A stretch of DNA of 64,000 nucleotides from a bacterium (GCA_030429765.1 JAUIER010000001.1:65014-129013), one strand, 5' to 3'. Shown: positions 31,948 to 42,405, counted from the stretch's first letter. Notes: generated by a model from the letters alone, not told the origin. Program-made: numbers and translations.

Positions 31948-33027
31948 ATGAAGAAGAAAGTACATTACCAATTAATTGCCGGGTTGATGGTTTTACTCTG
32001 GGTTGGATTTTTTTATCAGACTCGTGTCGAGGCCCAGGAACGTCCGGTTGATGTTAAAGAGATCCCGGCCGAATCCGACATGGATTTTCTGAGCTTTCAG
32101 GAGCAGGAGGAAATTACACCGCAGATCTGGTATGAAAAGGTCAAGGCGGGAGAAGCAAGCCTATTCGAACCCGGATTGTATAATTTTATCCGTACGTCCG
32201 ACTATAAATCGTTTCCCTTTGAAGGCGTCAAACGGTACTACAAAGTGCATCTTCCCAAAGAATACAGCCGTGATCGTCAATGGCCGTTGGTGCTGGTGTT
32301 TCATGGCGGGGGCGGTAATGCGGACTCAGCCGCCTGGGTTTCACAGATGAATGATAAAGCGGATCAGGAGGGATTTATCGTCGTATATCCTGAAGGAACG
32401 GGGCCGTACCAACACCGAATGCTCACCTGGAACGCCTGGACCTGCTGTGGTCCGGCGATGGAGCGAAATGTGAACGATGCCAAGTTTATCCGCGAACTGC
32501 TGTTTGCCTTGGACCGTAAATATATGCTGGACCCTCGACGGATATATGCGACCGGTTTTTCCAATGGGGGAATGTTCACCTACAAGCTGGCCTGTGAGCT
32601 GTCCGATATTATTGCCGCGTTTGCACCGATTGCCGGCGCGATGAACGGAGATTGTTATCCGCAACGCCCCATTCCATTAATTGTTTTTCACGGTATGCGG
32701 GATGAAAGGGTTCCCTATAATGGCGGGATGGGCTCCAAAAGTTTGAAAACCCGATACGATTCGGCCGTCAGCGATTCGGTAGGATATTTCAGTTATCACA
32801 ATAATTGTCTATCCACACCTGAGCGCCGGAATTATGGTAACGTCATTGTAGATTCCTACATTGGTTGCCAGAATGGCGGCGATGTCGAGGTTTATTCGAT
32901 TGTCGACCAGGGGCACGCGTGGCCAGGCGGTAAGAAGGCGCTTCGTATGGGAGCCGACGAACCGACCACTGATATTTCAGCGACGGATTTGATGTGGGAC
33001 TTTTTTCAACGACACCCGTTCTATTAA
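31948..33027 (+). CDS. Exported PHB-depolymerase/LpqC-like alpha/beta esterase
   Basis: FHGGGG, VVYPEG, WNAWTCC, GFSNGG nucleophile, HG..D..VPY, GHAWPG. Confidence 0.88.
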   Translation: MKKKVHYQLIAGLMVLLWVGFFYQTRVEAQERPVDVKEIPAESDMDFLSFQEQEEITPQIWYEKVKAGEASLFEPGLYNFIRTSDYKSFPFEGVKRYYKVHLPKEYSRDRQWPLVLVFHGGGGNADSAAWVSQMNDKADQEGFIVVYPEGTGPYQHRMLTWNAWTCCGPAMERNVNDAKFIRELLFALDRKYMLDPRRIYATGFSNGGMFTYKLACELSDIIAAFAPIAGAMNGDCYPQRPIPLIVFHGMRDERVPYNGGMGSKSLKTRYDSAVSDSVGYFSYHNNCLSTPERRNYGNVIVDSYIGCQNGGDVEVYSIVDQGHAWPGGKKALRMGADEPTTDISATDLMWDFFQRHPFY

Positions 33028-33039
33028 GGATGACCAACG

Positions 33040-33432
33040 ATGCTGATCGACGTCTTATTTCAATTTATCGCCTACATGATTTTTCAGTCACTGCTCCAGC
33101 TGCCTTTTGACTGGCTGTATCTGAAACCCCGCAAAGACAACCTGGATCGACCGGAAAGCATGAAGGAGTTCACGTTTTTTATCTGTATGCTCTTGGGATT
33201 GGCCATGGGTGCGATTACCCTTATCATTGTTCGATCACCATTCATCGGCAACAGCTGGTTGAGATTCATGAATTTGTTTATTACCCCGTATATCGTTGGC
33301 AAAACCATTCACTATATTCATCACCGACGGACATTTGAACCGGATCGGGTTTATCTATTCGATCATTTTTGGAACGCCTATATTTTCGCCTTCAGTACCG
33401 CCTTGTTACGGTTTGTTTTTGTCTGGAATTAA
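33040..33432 (+). CDS. Hypothetical membrane protein
   Basis: About four hydrophobic segments; in-operon position. Confidence 0.65.
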   Translation: MLIDVLFQFIAYMIFQSLLQLPFDWLYLKPRKDNLDRPESMKEFTFFICMLLGLAMGAITLIIVRSPFIGNSWLRFMNLFITPYIVGKTIHYIHHRRTFEPDRVYLFDHFWNAYIFAFSTALLRFVFVWN

Positions 33433-33441
33433 GGAGTACCT

Positions 33442-34866
33442 ATGAAAGTTATATTTGCCGCAATTCTACTTTTAAGTTTGCCGTCCGTGGTGTTGGCCGA
33501 GGAGTCAGTCTTTGCATTGATGGAACGTGGGGATGTCGATGGGATTGTGGAACGTATCCAGACCGACCCGATGGTCGTGTTATCAACGACGGAGGATGAA
33601 GCGAAGAACCAGCCGATTCATGTTGCCGCTCAAAAATGCTCTATCCCTTTGCTGCAGACGTTCATTAATGGCAAGGCGGACCTCAATGTCAAAAACTATT
33701 ACGGGCATACCCCGTTGATGATAGCGGCCGGTTCGTGTCCGTTAGACGTTGTAAAATTCCTGATCGAAAACTCGGCGGATCCGAAGGTAGCGACGGACCA
33801 GGATGGTTTTACGGCATTGCATTTTGCCATGCGCCAGGGGGAAGCCTTCGATATCATTGACTACCTGTTGTCACAGGGGGCGGATCTTAATGCCGTCACC
33901 CGGCTTCATCAGACAACGCCCTTAATCAACGCCATCAAGTACGGCCATATGGATTTGGTCCGGTATCTGCTCGAGAAGGGGGCTGATGCGTCAATCGGAC
34001 AACCTGTGTATGAGTTGATTCAATTGGGCTCGGCCACGCCGGCCATGATCGACTTGCTCCTCGAGCATAAGGCGGACATCAACGCGGCCAACCCGATTGC
34101 AGGAGCGATCGCCTATGGAAAGATAGACCTGGCCCGGTATTTGATCGAACAGGGAGCGGACATCAATCAGGCAGAAGCGTTGGCCCATGCAGCCGCCTAT
34201 GGGGATATGGATCTGGTCAAATACCTGGTGGAGCAGGGGGCCGATATTAATGCGGGTAACCGGACACCATTGATGCAGGCCGCGCAGGCGGGGCATCTGT
34301 CGATTGTCAAATATTTGCTGGAAAAAGAGGCCGATATCAATATGTTATCGGTGCCGGGTGAACAAACGGCCCTGTCGCTGGCTATTTGGAATGGACACAA
34401 GATTGTCACGGATGTGCTGATCAAGAACGGGGCGGCAAAGACGGTTTTTTCGGACGCCATGCTGGGCGAGATCGATCGGTTGGAAAAATATGGGCTTGAA
34501 GAATTGCTGGCTTCGCAGGATGCGTTAGGACGAATCCCGCTGATGGCCGCGATTGTGGGGCGGCAGAAAAAGGCGGTGGAATTTTTGCTAAGTAAAGGGG
34601 CGGATGTCAATGCGCGAACTTCAACGGACCAAATGTCGGCGTTACATATGGCGGTTGATCTAGGCCATCGTGAAATTGTCCGTTTGTTGCTCGATTCGGG
34701 GGCCGATATCACGGCTCAAATGAACGAATCCTTGTATGTACGTCCGGGGTATACACCCTTGCAAATTGCCGAAGAAAATAACGATGACTTTATGATCAAG
34801 CTACTGAAAAAATATTTGGATCAGACCAAGCAAGAGGAAATGACAACAGGTATACGGGAAGAATAA
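33442..34866 (+). CDS. Exported ankyrin-repeat protein
   Basis: Signal peptide; repeated TPL/TALH..A...G...V.YLL..GAD.N. Confidence 0.92.
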   Translation: MKVIFAAILLLSLPSVVLAEESVFALMERGDVDGIVERIQTDPMVVLSTTEDEAKNQPIHVAAQKCSIPLLQTFINGKADLNVKNYYGHTPLMIAAGSCPLDVVKFLIENSADPKVATDQDGFTALHFAMRQGEAFDIIDYLLSQGADLNAVTRLHQTTPLINAIKYGHMDLVRYLLEKGADASIGQPVYELIQLGSATPAMIDLLLEHKADINAANPIAGAIAYGKIDLARYLIEQGADINQAEALAHAAAYGDMDLVKYLVEQGADINAGNRTPLMQAAQAGHLSIVKYLLEKEADINMLSVPGEQTALSLAIWNGHKIVTDVLIKNGAAKTVFSDAMLGEIDRLEKYGLEELLASQDALGRIPLMAAIVGRQKKAVEFLLSKGADVNARTSTDQMSALHMAVDLGHREIVRLLLDSGADITAQMNESLYVRPGYTPLQIAEENNDDFMIKLLKKYLDQTKQEEMTTGIREE

Positions 34867-35420
34867 TGCAAACACTTCGAAGATTAGCCTTAAAACTTAT
34901 TATTGTATGTGTATTAAGCGTATCATGGTGTTCTATGGCGTCGGCTGAAAAGACAAAACTATCGAGCACGACGGATGTATGGCTGAGACTGGCCGAAATT
35001 GAAGAAGAGAAGACGGCCCTTTTTGACAAGTATCAGGAACAAAAGTCTGATCTTGATGCCCGATATCAATATGATTTTAATCATTCTAAGACACTCGAGG
35101 ATGGGGCCAAGTTCCGAAAGAAACTGAACCGGGTTTACAAGCAGCAAAAAGAGAAATTGCTTCAAACCTATCGATCGAAACAGCGGAAGCTGGAAAAAGA
35201 AGAGCGTAGGTTGAAGGGCCGGCCGGCCAAAATTGACATTCGGTCAAACGCCCAATACCGGTTGAAAAAAGACGACACTTACTCCACACGGGTTCAGAGG
35301 TCTCCGTCCAAGCGCGGAGGAAAAAGCTATATTAAAAAAAGCGGATACACCCCCAAGAAATTAAGACCGGCCAGGATTCCTTCAAGTCCGAGAAATTACA
35401 AAGGCAGTCACAGCAATTAA
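34866..35420 (+). CDS. Exported, highly basic coiled-coil hypothetical protein
   Basis: Signal peptide ending ASA; K/R-rich; start overlaps the upstream stop. Confidence 0.65.
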   Translation: MQTLRRLALKLIIVCVLSVSWCSMASAEKTKLSSTTDVWLRLAEIEEEKTALFDKYQEQKSDLDARYQYDFNHSKTLEDGAKFRKKLNRVYKQQKEKLLQTYRSKQRKLEKEERRLKGRPAKIDIRSNAQYRLKKDDTYSTRVQRSPSKRGGKSYIKKSGYTPKKLRPARIPSSPRNYKGSHSN

Positions 35421-35456
35421 ATGCGAGATTAATAATGGCATGGCGCTTCCTCTGAT

Positions 35457-35485
35457 TTGACAGCGGATATAACCTGTGCTATAGT
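35457..35485 (+). promoter_or_regulatory. sigma70 promoter with extended -10
   Basis: TTGACA-17 bp-(TG)TATAGT. Confidence 0.7.
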
Positions 35486-35494
35486 TTGCGAATC

Positions 35495-35584
35495 ATGAAA
35501 AACCTAACGATGAAAAAACTGCATATCATTTGTGTCGCGCTTTTTCCTGTGTGGAGAAAGTTGATGCGAGGAGGTGCGTTCTGA
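35495..35584 (+). CDS. Candidate 29-aa attenuator leader peptide MKNLTMKKLHIICVALFPVWRKLMRGGAF
   Basis: Short ORF lying between a promoter and an intrinsic terminator upstream of eamA; read manually, absent from the ORF track. Confidence 0.55.
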   Translation: MKNLTMKKLHIICVALFPVWRKLMRGGAF

Positions 35585-35619
35585 TCCGTTAGGTAGAATC
35601 GAAATTTCGACCGTTTTTG

Positions 35620-35655
35620 AACCACCGAATCTCATTGAGGCTCGGTGGTTTTTTT
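35620..35655 (+). terminator. Intrinsic terminator (attenuator) upstream of the EamA gene
   Basis: AACCACCGA...TCGGTGGTT stem followed by a T-run. Confidence 0.75.
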
Positions 35656-35677
35656 ATTGGTCCTCACCTGTAATTTT

Positions 35678-36592
35678 ATGAAACAAGTAAAGAAAGATTT
35701 AAAGATGGGAATACATATCAAACTAGTCATTATGTCATTTTTGTACGCGGGCGGGTTCGTCGCCGGGAAGGTCGCCATGGCCGAGGCAGGTCCGTTTACG
35801 ATCGCATTTATCCGGTTTTTTATCGCGTCGATCATCCTGACTGTCGTCGTTAATCGGCAGGAGGAAACGACCCAATTGAATCCGCGGGATTATGTGATCG
35901 GGGCGATTGGTGCGTTCTTTGGAGTTTTTTGCTACAACTATCTCTTTCTAAGCGGGATTCAGTATGTCGATACGTCGCGGGCCGCGATTATAGTCAGTAT
36001 GATCCCGATTGTCGTCGCTGTGCTGTCGATGTGGATGTTTGACGAGCCCGGAGGGCGCGCCAAGATCACGGGCATCATCGTGTCCATGTCGGGAGCATGG
36101 ATCGTCCTCTCCGGGGGAAAGCTTTCCCAGATTCTCGTACAACCGCTGGGCAAAGGAGAGATGCTCCTGTTGGGATGCGTGCTTTGCGCCGCATGTTTTA
36201 CATTTTTATCGCGGCACTTGCTGAGGACGTTAACTCCATTAAGGACGATTACGATTATCTCGACATTGGGCGCCTTGTCCTTGGCTGGTCCGGCGTTGAG
36301 TGAAATCCGCAGCGGTATGATGGATTCGGTCTCGGTGCACTTTCTATGGAGTATTTTTTATCTAGGAATCGGACCGTCGGTTATCGGTGTAACTTTTTAT
36401 TATCAGGCGTTGCGGTTGATTGGACCCTCTCGGGCGACGCAATACATGAACTTGATGCCTGTGTTTGCGGTGTGCCTGGGAGTGATATTTCTGGACGAAC
36501 AAATAAACCGGACATTAATGCTGGGAGGCAGTTTAGTTGTCGCGGGGTTGTACCTGACCAACATGAATAAAAATCCAATGGAAAGGAGGTGA
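35678..36592 (+). CDS. DMT/EamA-family transporter
   Basis: About 10 TMs in two EamA halves; start could be 35678 or 35705. Confidence 0.9.
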   Translation: MKQVKKDLKMGIHIKLVIMSFLYAGGFVAGKVAMAEAGPFTIAFIRFFIASIILTVVVNRQEETTQLNPRDYVIGAIGAFFGVFCYNYLFLSGIQYVDTSRAAIIVSMIPIVVAVLSMWMFDEPGGRAKITGIIVSMSGAWIVLSGGKLSQILVQPLGKGEMLLLGCVLCAACFTFLSRHLLRTLTPLRTITIISTLGALSLAGPALSEIRSGMMDSVSVHFLWSIFYLGIGPSVIGVTFYYQALRLIGPSRATQYMNLMPVFAVCLGVIFLDEQINRTLMLGGSLVVAGLYLTNMNKNPMERR

Positions 36593-36597
36593 TAGAT

Positions 36598-36846
36598 ATG
36601 GAAATCAATTTATTTCCGGAGTATGAAAACCGGCCGGATAAAACGCTGATGGTCACATCATTGCTTTATTTCGAAGACGCCCTGATAAAGGAGCGCTTTG
36701 AAGAATGCCGTGAGTTATCACAGTTGGCCCGACGATATGGCGCGAAACAAAGTCAGATCAATCGGGTCATCGCGCGTCATATCCGTCGAATGAAAAAAAC
36801 GAATAGAAATGGTTTCAGCAAGAGTAAGAGAAACAAGCGATTCTAG
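36598..36846 (+). CDS. Small hypothetical protein
   Basis: GGAGGT RBS; ERFEEC UVR-like segment; followed by a terminator near 36882-36919. Confidence 0.6.
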   Translation: MEINLFPEYENRPDKTLMVTSLLYFEDALIKERFEECRELSQLARRYGAKQSQINRVIARHIRRMKKTNRNGFSKSKRNKRF

Positions 36847-37005
36847 GAAGGAGGGTGCTATCGTGTATTACTCTTGTGATTAAAGAGGGCGGATCTGAAA
36901 AATGATCGGCCCTCTTTTTGTGATTATCACTTTAAAATTTGAAATGCTGTGGCATAATGTACCTAAGTCTATTAATAACATATAGATAGAAATAAGTCAG
37001 TTAGG

Positions 37006-38676
37006 ATGAAAAAAGTCAGTATGAAGAGAAGTTTGGATATAAGGATGCTGCTCGTTCTGGTGATGGGGCTGCTGTCGTTAAACTTTTTGAGCGTTTCCCA
37101 CGCGGCTGAGGAGGGCCTCCCCGACGGCGAGCATCGGGAGTTCTATAATGCCGCCAGGGTCAAGAAATTCTGGAATGTGAAAGACGGACAGATTCACGGT
37201 TCGTATAAGACATATTATAAAAGCGGTAAGTTGAAGGAAGAATTGCAGTATGAGCAGGGCGAGCTGCACGGCCTGCAAAAGAAATATTTTGAAACGGGGG
37301 TCGTTAGCGGTCAGTGGAATATGCTCAAGGGCAAGAAGCAGGGAGCCGAGCAGTTATATTATCCGAACGGTCAGGTCAAGGAAGTGAATAACTACAAAAA
37401 TAATAGATTTGACGGCAAGCAAATTAAATATCGTAAAACCGGATTGGTCCACAAAGAGAGAACATATAAGAACGGAAAGCTCAGCGGAACGCAGAAGGAC
37501 TATTGGTTAAATGGTCAGATTTCGGTGGTATCCAAGTATCAGAACGGCCGGTTACACGGGGAGTTCAAGACCTATTCACCATCCGGGGAATTGCTCAAGA
37601 TCAGTTTGTACGAGGATGGTCAGCCCGTGAGGACCGAGAAAGAGAATGAGCGGTTTGAACGATCTAATGAGGTTAAGAAAATATTGGATGCAACCAAGGT
37701 GGTCAAGAAAAGTTTTTACGATACAGGAGAGCTTCAGTCCGTCTCTCAGTTTGAGAATGGTGTGCTGCATGGATTGGTGAAAGAGTATTTTGAGAATGGC
37801 GGAGCCAGGAGCGTACAGCATTATGTTGAGGGATTGTTGGATGGTATACAGATTATCTACTTTGATAATGGTCAGATTGCCAGTAAAAATATTTATAGCG
37901 AAGGAAAGTATAATGGAATTCAGGAATTTTTCTATCGTAATGGTGTGTTAAGGGCCAGAGAGAATTATGTGATGGGAAAAATGGATGGACTTCAGGAGTA
38001 TTATTATGAAAATGGAGTGTTACTGGCACGCAAAGTATATACAATGGGAAATTTGTTGAGATTGCAGAAATTTATCTATGAAGACGGGGTTTTAAAAACA
38101 ATTGAGGAGCTCATTGAGAATCAGTTGATTGTGCGGGAAATAGTCGATAAAGAGGAGTCGAAGGACGATGTTGAGGAATCTATTCTGACCGATGTTTTTA
38201 TTCAGGCGGACATCCAGGAGTTTTACGAAAATGGAAATTTGAAGCTGGAGCTGGAGATCAAGAATGCCAAGAGGGTGTTGCAACGAATTTACTATGAAGA
38301 AGGCGGGCTTCACTATGAGATCAAGTGGGATGGCGGTGAGCAATTGTATTATGAATCGTATGGTATAGCCGGTGTCATGGAGAAAAGCGAGTATGCTGAT
38401 ATCCATAAGCGATCGGACCTGGTGGCGCATCAAGAGTTTTGTGACCTTATGGACGGAGAAATGTTGGAAAACGGATGTGATATACCGGCTAAAGACAGCG
38501 GGACGCCGTGTGAAGACTCGGATGAATGTCAGGCCTTTTGTGTTGCCTACAATGCCAAGCGGGATGACAAGGTCAAAGGTGAATGTTCCGCCCGGTCACT
38601 GACGATCAATGGCTGTTATCATCTGGTTGAGGATGGTGTGGCCACACAGCAAAAAGGGGATTGTTCGGCTCCATAG
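37006..38676 (+). CDS. Secreted MORN-variant repeat protein with a Cys-rich C-terminal domain
   Basis: Signal peptide, MORN-variant repeats, tail C..DS.ECQAFC...GEC. Confidence 0.82.
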   Translation: MKKVSMKRSLDIRMLLVLVMGLLSLNFLSVSHAAEEGLPDGEHREFYNAARVKKFWNVKDGQIHGSYKTYYKSGKLKEELQYEQGELHGLQKKYFETGVVSGQWNMLKGKKQGAEQLYYPNGQVKEVNNYKNNRFDGKQIKYRKTGLVHKERTYKNGKLSGTQKDYWLNGQISVVSKYQNGRLHGEFKTYSPSGELLKISLYEDGQPVRTEKENERFERSNEVKKILDATKVVKKSFYDTGELQSVSQFENGVLHGLVKEYFENGGARSVQHYVEGLLDGIQIIYFDNGQIASKNIYSEGKYNGIQEFFYRNGVLRARENYVMGKMDGLQEYYYENGVLLARKVYTMGNLLRLQKFIYEDGVLKTIEELIENQLIVREIVDKEESKDDVEESILTDVFIQADIQEFYENGNLKLELEIKNAKRVLQRIYYEEGGLHYEIKWDGGEQLYYESYGIAGVMEKSEYADIHKRSDLVAHQEFCDLMDGEMLENGCDIPAKDSGTPCEDSDECQAFCVAYNAKRDDKVKGECSARSLTINGCYHLVEDGVATQQKGDCSAP

Positions 38677-38789
38677 AAGTGGAGAGACGTAGTCTGAGAA
38701 TTTTATGAAAGGGTGAGTCGTTCGGCTCCCCCTTTTTTGTTGGATCAGAAAACCATGTACAATTTAAGTTGCTTTCGATACACTTAGAC

Positions 38790-39170
38790 ATGATGAAAAA
38801 AATTGCCACGGCTGCGGTCGTATACCACGAGAATAAAATATTAATCGCCCAACGGGCCAAGGATGATTACTGGGAGTTTCCCGGCGGCCGGATCGATGAA
38901 GGTGAAACACCTGAGGAATGTCTGATACGTGAATACTGGGAGGAGCTCGACATCGGGATTCGGATCACGGAGCAATGGCCCACCGTGGTCGGTCAATTTC
39001 GCGGACAGGATATGACGCTTTATTGTTTCAAGGCTGAATGGACCGAAGGGACGATCACGCGGGATCCGCTGGTACATCATGATGTGAAATGGATTGATCC
39101 GGAAGAATTATCCGATTATGAAATCATCGACGAAGATCGGGAGCTGGTGAAGTATATTCTGGAAATATAG
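38790..39170 (+). CDS. NUDIX hydrolase, MutT-like
   Basis: WEFPGGRIDEGETPEECLIREYWEEL Nudix box. Confidence 0.9.
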   Translation: MMKKIATAAVVYHENKILIAQRAKDDYWEFPGGRIDEGETPEECLIREYWEELDIGIRITEQWPTVVGQFRGQDMTLYCFKAEWTEGTITRDPLVHHDVKWIDPEELSDYEIIDEDRELVKYILEI

Positions 39171-39196
39171 GTTCGCCCGAAAATAATATCATCCAT

Positions 39197-39229
39197 AAAA
39201 AAAGGCAATCCATGCGGATTGCCTCTTTT
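39197..39229. terminator. Bidirectional terminator between the convergent NUDIX and lpdA genes
   Basis: A-run, GGCAATCC...GGATTGCC stem, T-run. Confidence 0.7.
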
Positions 39230-39249
39230 ATTATATATATATGACAGCG

Positions 39250-41052
39250 TTATTTCTTGGGACGGTAGATATGAGTGGCCTGTCCGAAGAAGCTTTCAGC
39301 GGCTTCCATCATGGTCTCAGTCAATGTTGGATGCGCATGAATACTCATCTTTAGATCAGTAACATTCGCGCCCATTTCAATCGCCAAGACACCCTCCGCG
39401 ATCATTTCACCGGCATTGGGGCCGACAATGGAGACGCCCAGAATACGTTCCGTGTCCGGATCGACGATCAACTTGGTCATCCCATCGACACGGTCCAGTG
39501 TAATCGCCCGGCCGGAGGCGCCCCATGGGAATTTGGCCACCACGTGTTTGCGACCCTGCGCTTTGGCTTCGGTCTCAGTCAAACCTGCCCAGGCCATCTC
39601 CGGATCCGTAAAGACTACAGCCGGAATCGCGTTAGGCTCGAAGGCGACTTTATGGCCGGCCATATGTTCGACGGCCACACGGCCTTCATGTGAGGCCTTG
39701 TGCGCCAGCATCGGATTGCCGACGATATCACCGATCGCGTAGATCGACGGATCGTGCGTTTGAAGTTGCGCGTTGACGTCGACAAATCCGCGGTCGTTTA
39801 CCGAGATCTTGGTGTTTTCCAATCCGATGTTGTCTGAGTTTGGACGTCGTCCGATGGCTACCAATACCTTGTCATAGGTTTCGCTGAATTGCTTGCCGTC
39901 TTTGTCTTCAAACGTGATTTTGATGCCGTCCTTGGTTTCATCCATCTTGACCACTTTGGTCGACACCATGATCTTGTCCATAATCGTCTTCAAGCGCTTG
40001 ATCAGGATGTTCGAAAGATCTTTGTCTGAACCGGTCATAATCTGAGGGAGCAGTTCTACCACAGAGACCTTGGTCCCAAGCTCCGCGTAAACCTGTCCCA
40101 ATTCCAGTCCGATGTAACCCCCGCCGATGAGTAAGAGATTTTTAGGGATTGTCGCGATATCCAGCGCGCTGGTTGAATCCATGACGCGATCAGACTTAGG
40201 GGCGAATGGTAATTCGATGGGGCGAGAACCTGTGGCCAGAATCGCTTTCACATAGGTCAGCGTCTGTTTGCCACCGCCGACCTTCTCGATTTCGAGTGTG
40301 TTGGAATCGACAAACTTGGCCCGGCCCTGGATCATCGTGATCTTACGTTGTTTGGCCAATTGACCTGTCCCGCCGGTTAGACGTGTCACCACGTCGTTTT
40401 TCCATCCGCGTAGTTTGTCCAGATCAATTTTGGGTTGTCCGAACGTAACACCGAATTCTTCGGCCTCACGCGCTTCAGAAATGACTTTAGCGGCATGAAG
40501 CAAGGCCTTCGATGGGATGCATCCCCGATATAAACATACTCCGCCCGGATTCTTTTCCAGGTCAACGATAGTCACATCCATTCCCAGGTCAGCCGCCAGA
40601 AAGGCCGCAGCGTATCCGCCCGGTCCTCCGCCGATGACGACCAGTTGCGTGTCCTTACCGGCTTCTTCCTTGGTTGGAATCGCGGCCGCTGGGGCATGCT
40701 CAATGGCAGAAGATGGAGCAGATTTCGTTTCGGTCTTCGCTGCGGGTTTGGCTTCGGCCGCTTTGGCTTCAGCTTTTTTAGGGGCCGGTTTCGGCGCTTC
40801 GGAAGTCTCAGCCGATGCCCCGGCCTCAACGCGCATAATCACAGCTCCGATCTTGACTTCATCACCGGTATTCACCAAAATTTCCTTGATGACACCATCG
40901 GTAGGGGAAGGGACCGGCAATGATGCCTTGTCGGTTTCCAGTTCCAGCAAATCCATGCCTTTGGTGATTGAGTCGCCGACGTTGACATAAACATTGACGA
41001 TCGTGCCCGCTTCGATATTTTCTCCAACTTCAGGTAGTTTGATATCAGTCAT
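39250..41052 (-). CDS. lpdA: Dihydrolipoamide dehydrogenase with an N-terminal lipoyl domain
   Basis: ETDKAS lipoyl motif, GGGPGGY, GGVCLYRGCIPSK, HAHPTLTE. Confidence 0.96.
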   Translation of the reverse strand: MTDIKLPEVGENIEAGTIVNVYVNVGDSITKGMDLLELETDKASLPVPSPTDGVIKEILVNTGDEVKIGAVIMRVEAGASAETSEAPKPAPKKAEAKAAEAKPAAKTETKSAPSSAIEHAPAAAIPTKEEAGKDTQLVVIGGGPGGYAAAFLAADLGMDVTIVDLEKNPGGVCLYRGCIPSKALLHAAKVISEAREAEEFGVTFGQPKIDLDKLRGWKNDVVTRLTGGTGQLAKQRKITMIQGRAKFVDSNTLEIEKVGGGKQTLTYVKAILATGSRPIELPFAPKSDRVMDSTSALDIATIPKNLLLIGGGYIGLELGQVYAELGTKVSVVELLPQIMTGSDKDLSNILIKRLKTIMDKIMVSTKVVKMDETKDGIKITFEDKDGKQFSETYDKVLVAIGRRPNSDNIGLENTKISVNDRGFVDVNAQLQTHDPSIYAIGDIVGNPMLAHKASHEGRVAVEHMAGHKVAFEPNAIPAVVFTDPEMAWAGLTETEAKAQGRKHVVAKFPWGASGRAITLDRVDGMTKLIVDPDTERILGVSIVGPNAGEMIAEGVLAIEMGANVTDLKMSIHAHPTLTETMMEAAESFFGQATHIYRPKK

Positions 41053-41118
41053 AGTCGTATCCTGCTTTGTGATAAGTGAAGTCTAGTGATTCACCGATCA
41101 TGAATAGTGGTTAAAAAT

Positions 41119-42405
41119 TTATCCTTGAAGATCCATCAGGAATGGCTGTTCGATGGCGTCGCAAATCCATTTAAGGAATCGCGCTCCATCAGCCCCGTCG
41201 ATCAGACGGTGATCATAGGATAATGAAAGTGGTAATTTGAACCGCGGGATGAACTGACCGTTCTCAAAAACAGGTTCCCAGCCGCCGCGGGAGACACCCA
41301 GAATAGCGACCTCAGGCCAGTTGACGATCGGTGTAAAGCTTGTCCCGCCGATTCCGCCCAGGTTGGTCAATGTCATCGAGCCGCCTTTAAGATCGTCCGG
41401 CAAGACTTTACGATCGCGTGCTTTTTTGGCGACCGCGACAACTTCGTCGTTGATCTCAAAGATGCCTTTTTTATCGACATCCCGAATGACCGGAACCAGT
41501 AATCCGTTCTCTGTATCCACGGCCACACCCAGGTTGATAAATTTTTTGTAGATGATTTCATGCGTGGTCATATCGACCGAGGCATTAAATTGAGGGAAGT
41601 TCTTCATCGCCGAGGCCATGACCTTTAACAGGAACGGCGTAATGGTCAGTTTACGGTCCGGCGTTGAGACGCGTTTGCGAAGTTTTTCAAGTTCCGTGAT
41701 GTCTGCCTTTCCGAATTGCGTGACATGCGGAATAGTCTGCCAGCAGAAGGAGAGATGATCAGCCGTGACTTGTCGGATCTTCGACATCTTGACGCGTTCA
41801 ACATCTCCCCATTTGGAGAAGTCAGGGATCGGTTTATTGGCAACTCCACCGCCGCCTTGACCGGCGACTTGGCCTTGATTGAGCTGCTTGGCGTAGGCCT
41901 TGACGTCGGCTTCAAAGATGCGACCGCCAGGTCCGCTGCCGGGCACTTGTGAAATATCGATGCCAATCTCCCGGGCGAATCGTCGAACGGAAGGAGCGGC
42001 CGGTACGTCTTTCTGTGCCGGAATAGATGCTGAAGCCGCAGACTGAGCCGGTTTAGAAGCGGCCTTGGGCGCGGCTTTCTTGGCTGCCGGCGCTGGTTTC
42101 GCCTTTTTGGTTTCCTTGGCCTTGGTTGACTTCGATGCTGAAGCCTTCTTCGGCGCGGCTTTACCGCCACCGCCTTCTTCGATCTTCATGACCACTTGTC
42201 CGATGGCCACATCTTCGCCTTCCTGGATGAGGATTTCCTTGATCGTTCCATCCACAGGCGACGGGACCGGAAGGGAGGCCTTATCTGTTTCCAGCTCCAG
42301 CAGGTCCTGATCTTTCGTGACCGTGTCACCGACGGCAACCGCGATCGACACAACATTTCCGGATTCGATATTTTCACCGACTTCAGGGAGTTTAAATTCT
42401 AGCAT
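41119..42405 (-). CDS. aceF: Pyruvate dehydrogenase E2, one lipoyl domain
   Basis: ETDKAS, PSVRRFAREIG E3-binding motif, DHRLIDGA. Confidence 0.95.
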   Translation of the reverse strand: MLEFKLPEVGENIESGNVVSIAVAVGDTVTKDQDLLELETDKASLPVPSPVDGTIKEILIQEGEDVAIGQVVMKIEEGGGGKAAPKKASASKSTKAKETKKAKPAPAAKKAAPKAASKPAQSAASASIPAQKDVPAAPSVRRFAREIGIDISQVPGSGPGGRIFEADVKAYAKQLNQGQVAGQGGGGVANKPIPDFSKWGDVERVKMSKIRQVTADHLSFCWQTIPHVTQFGKADITELEKLRKRVSTPDRKLTITPFLLKVMASAMKNFPQFNASVDMTTHEIIYKKFINLGVAVDTENGLLVPVIRDVDKKGIFEINDEVVAVAKKARDRKVLPDDLKGGSMTLTNLGGIGGTSFTPIVNWPEVAILGVSRGGWEPVFENGQFIPRFKLPLSLSYDHRLIDGADGARFLKWICDAIEQPFLMDLQG

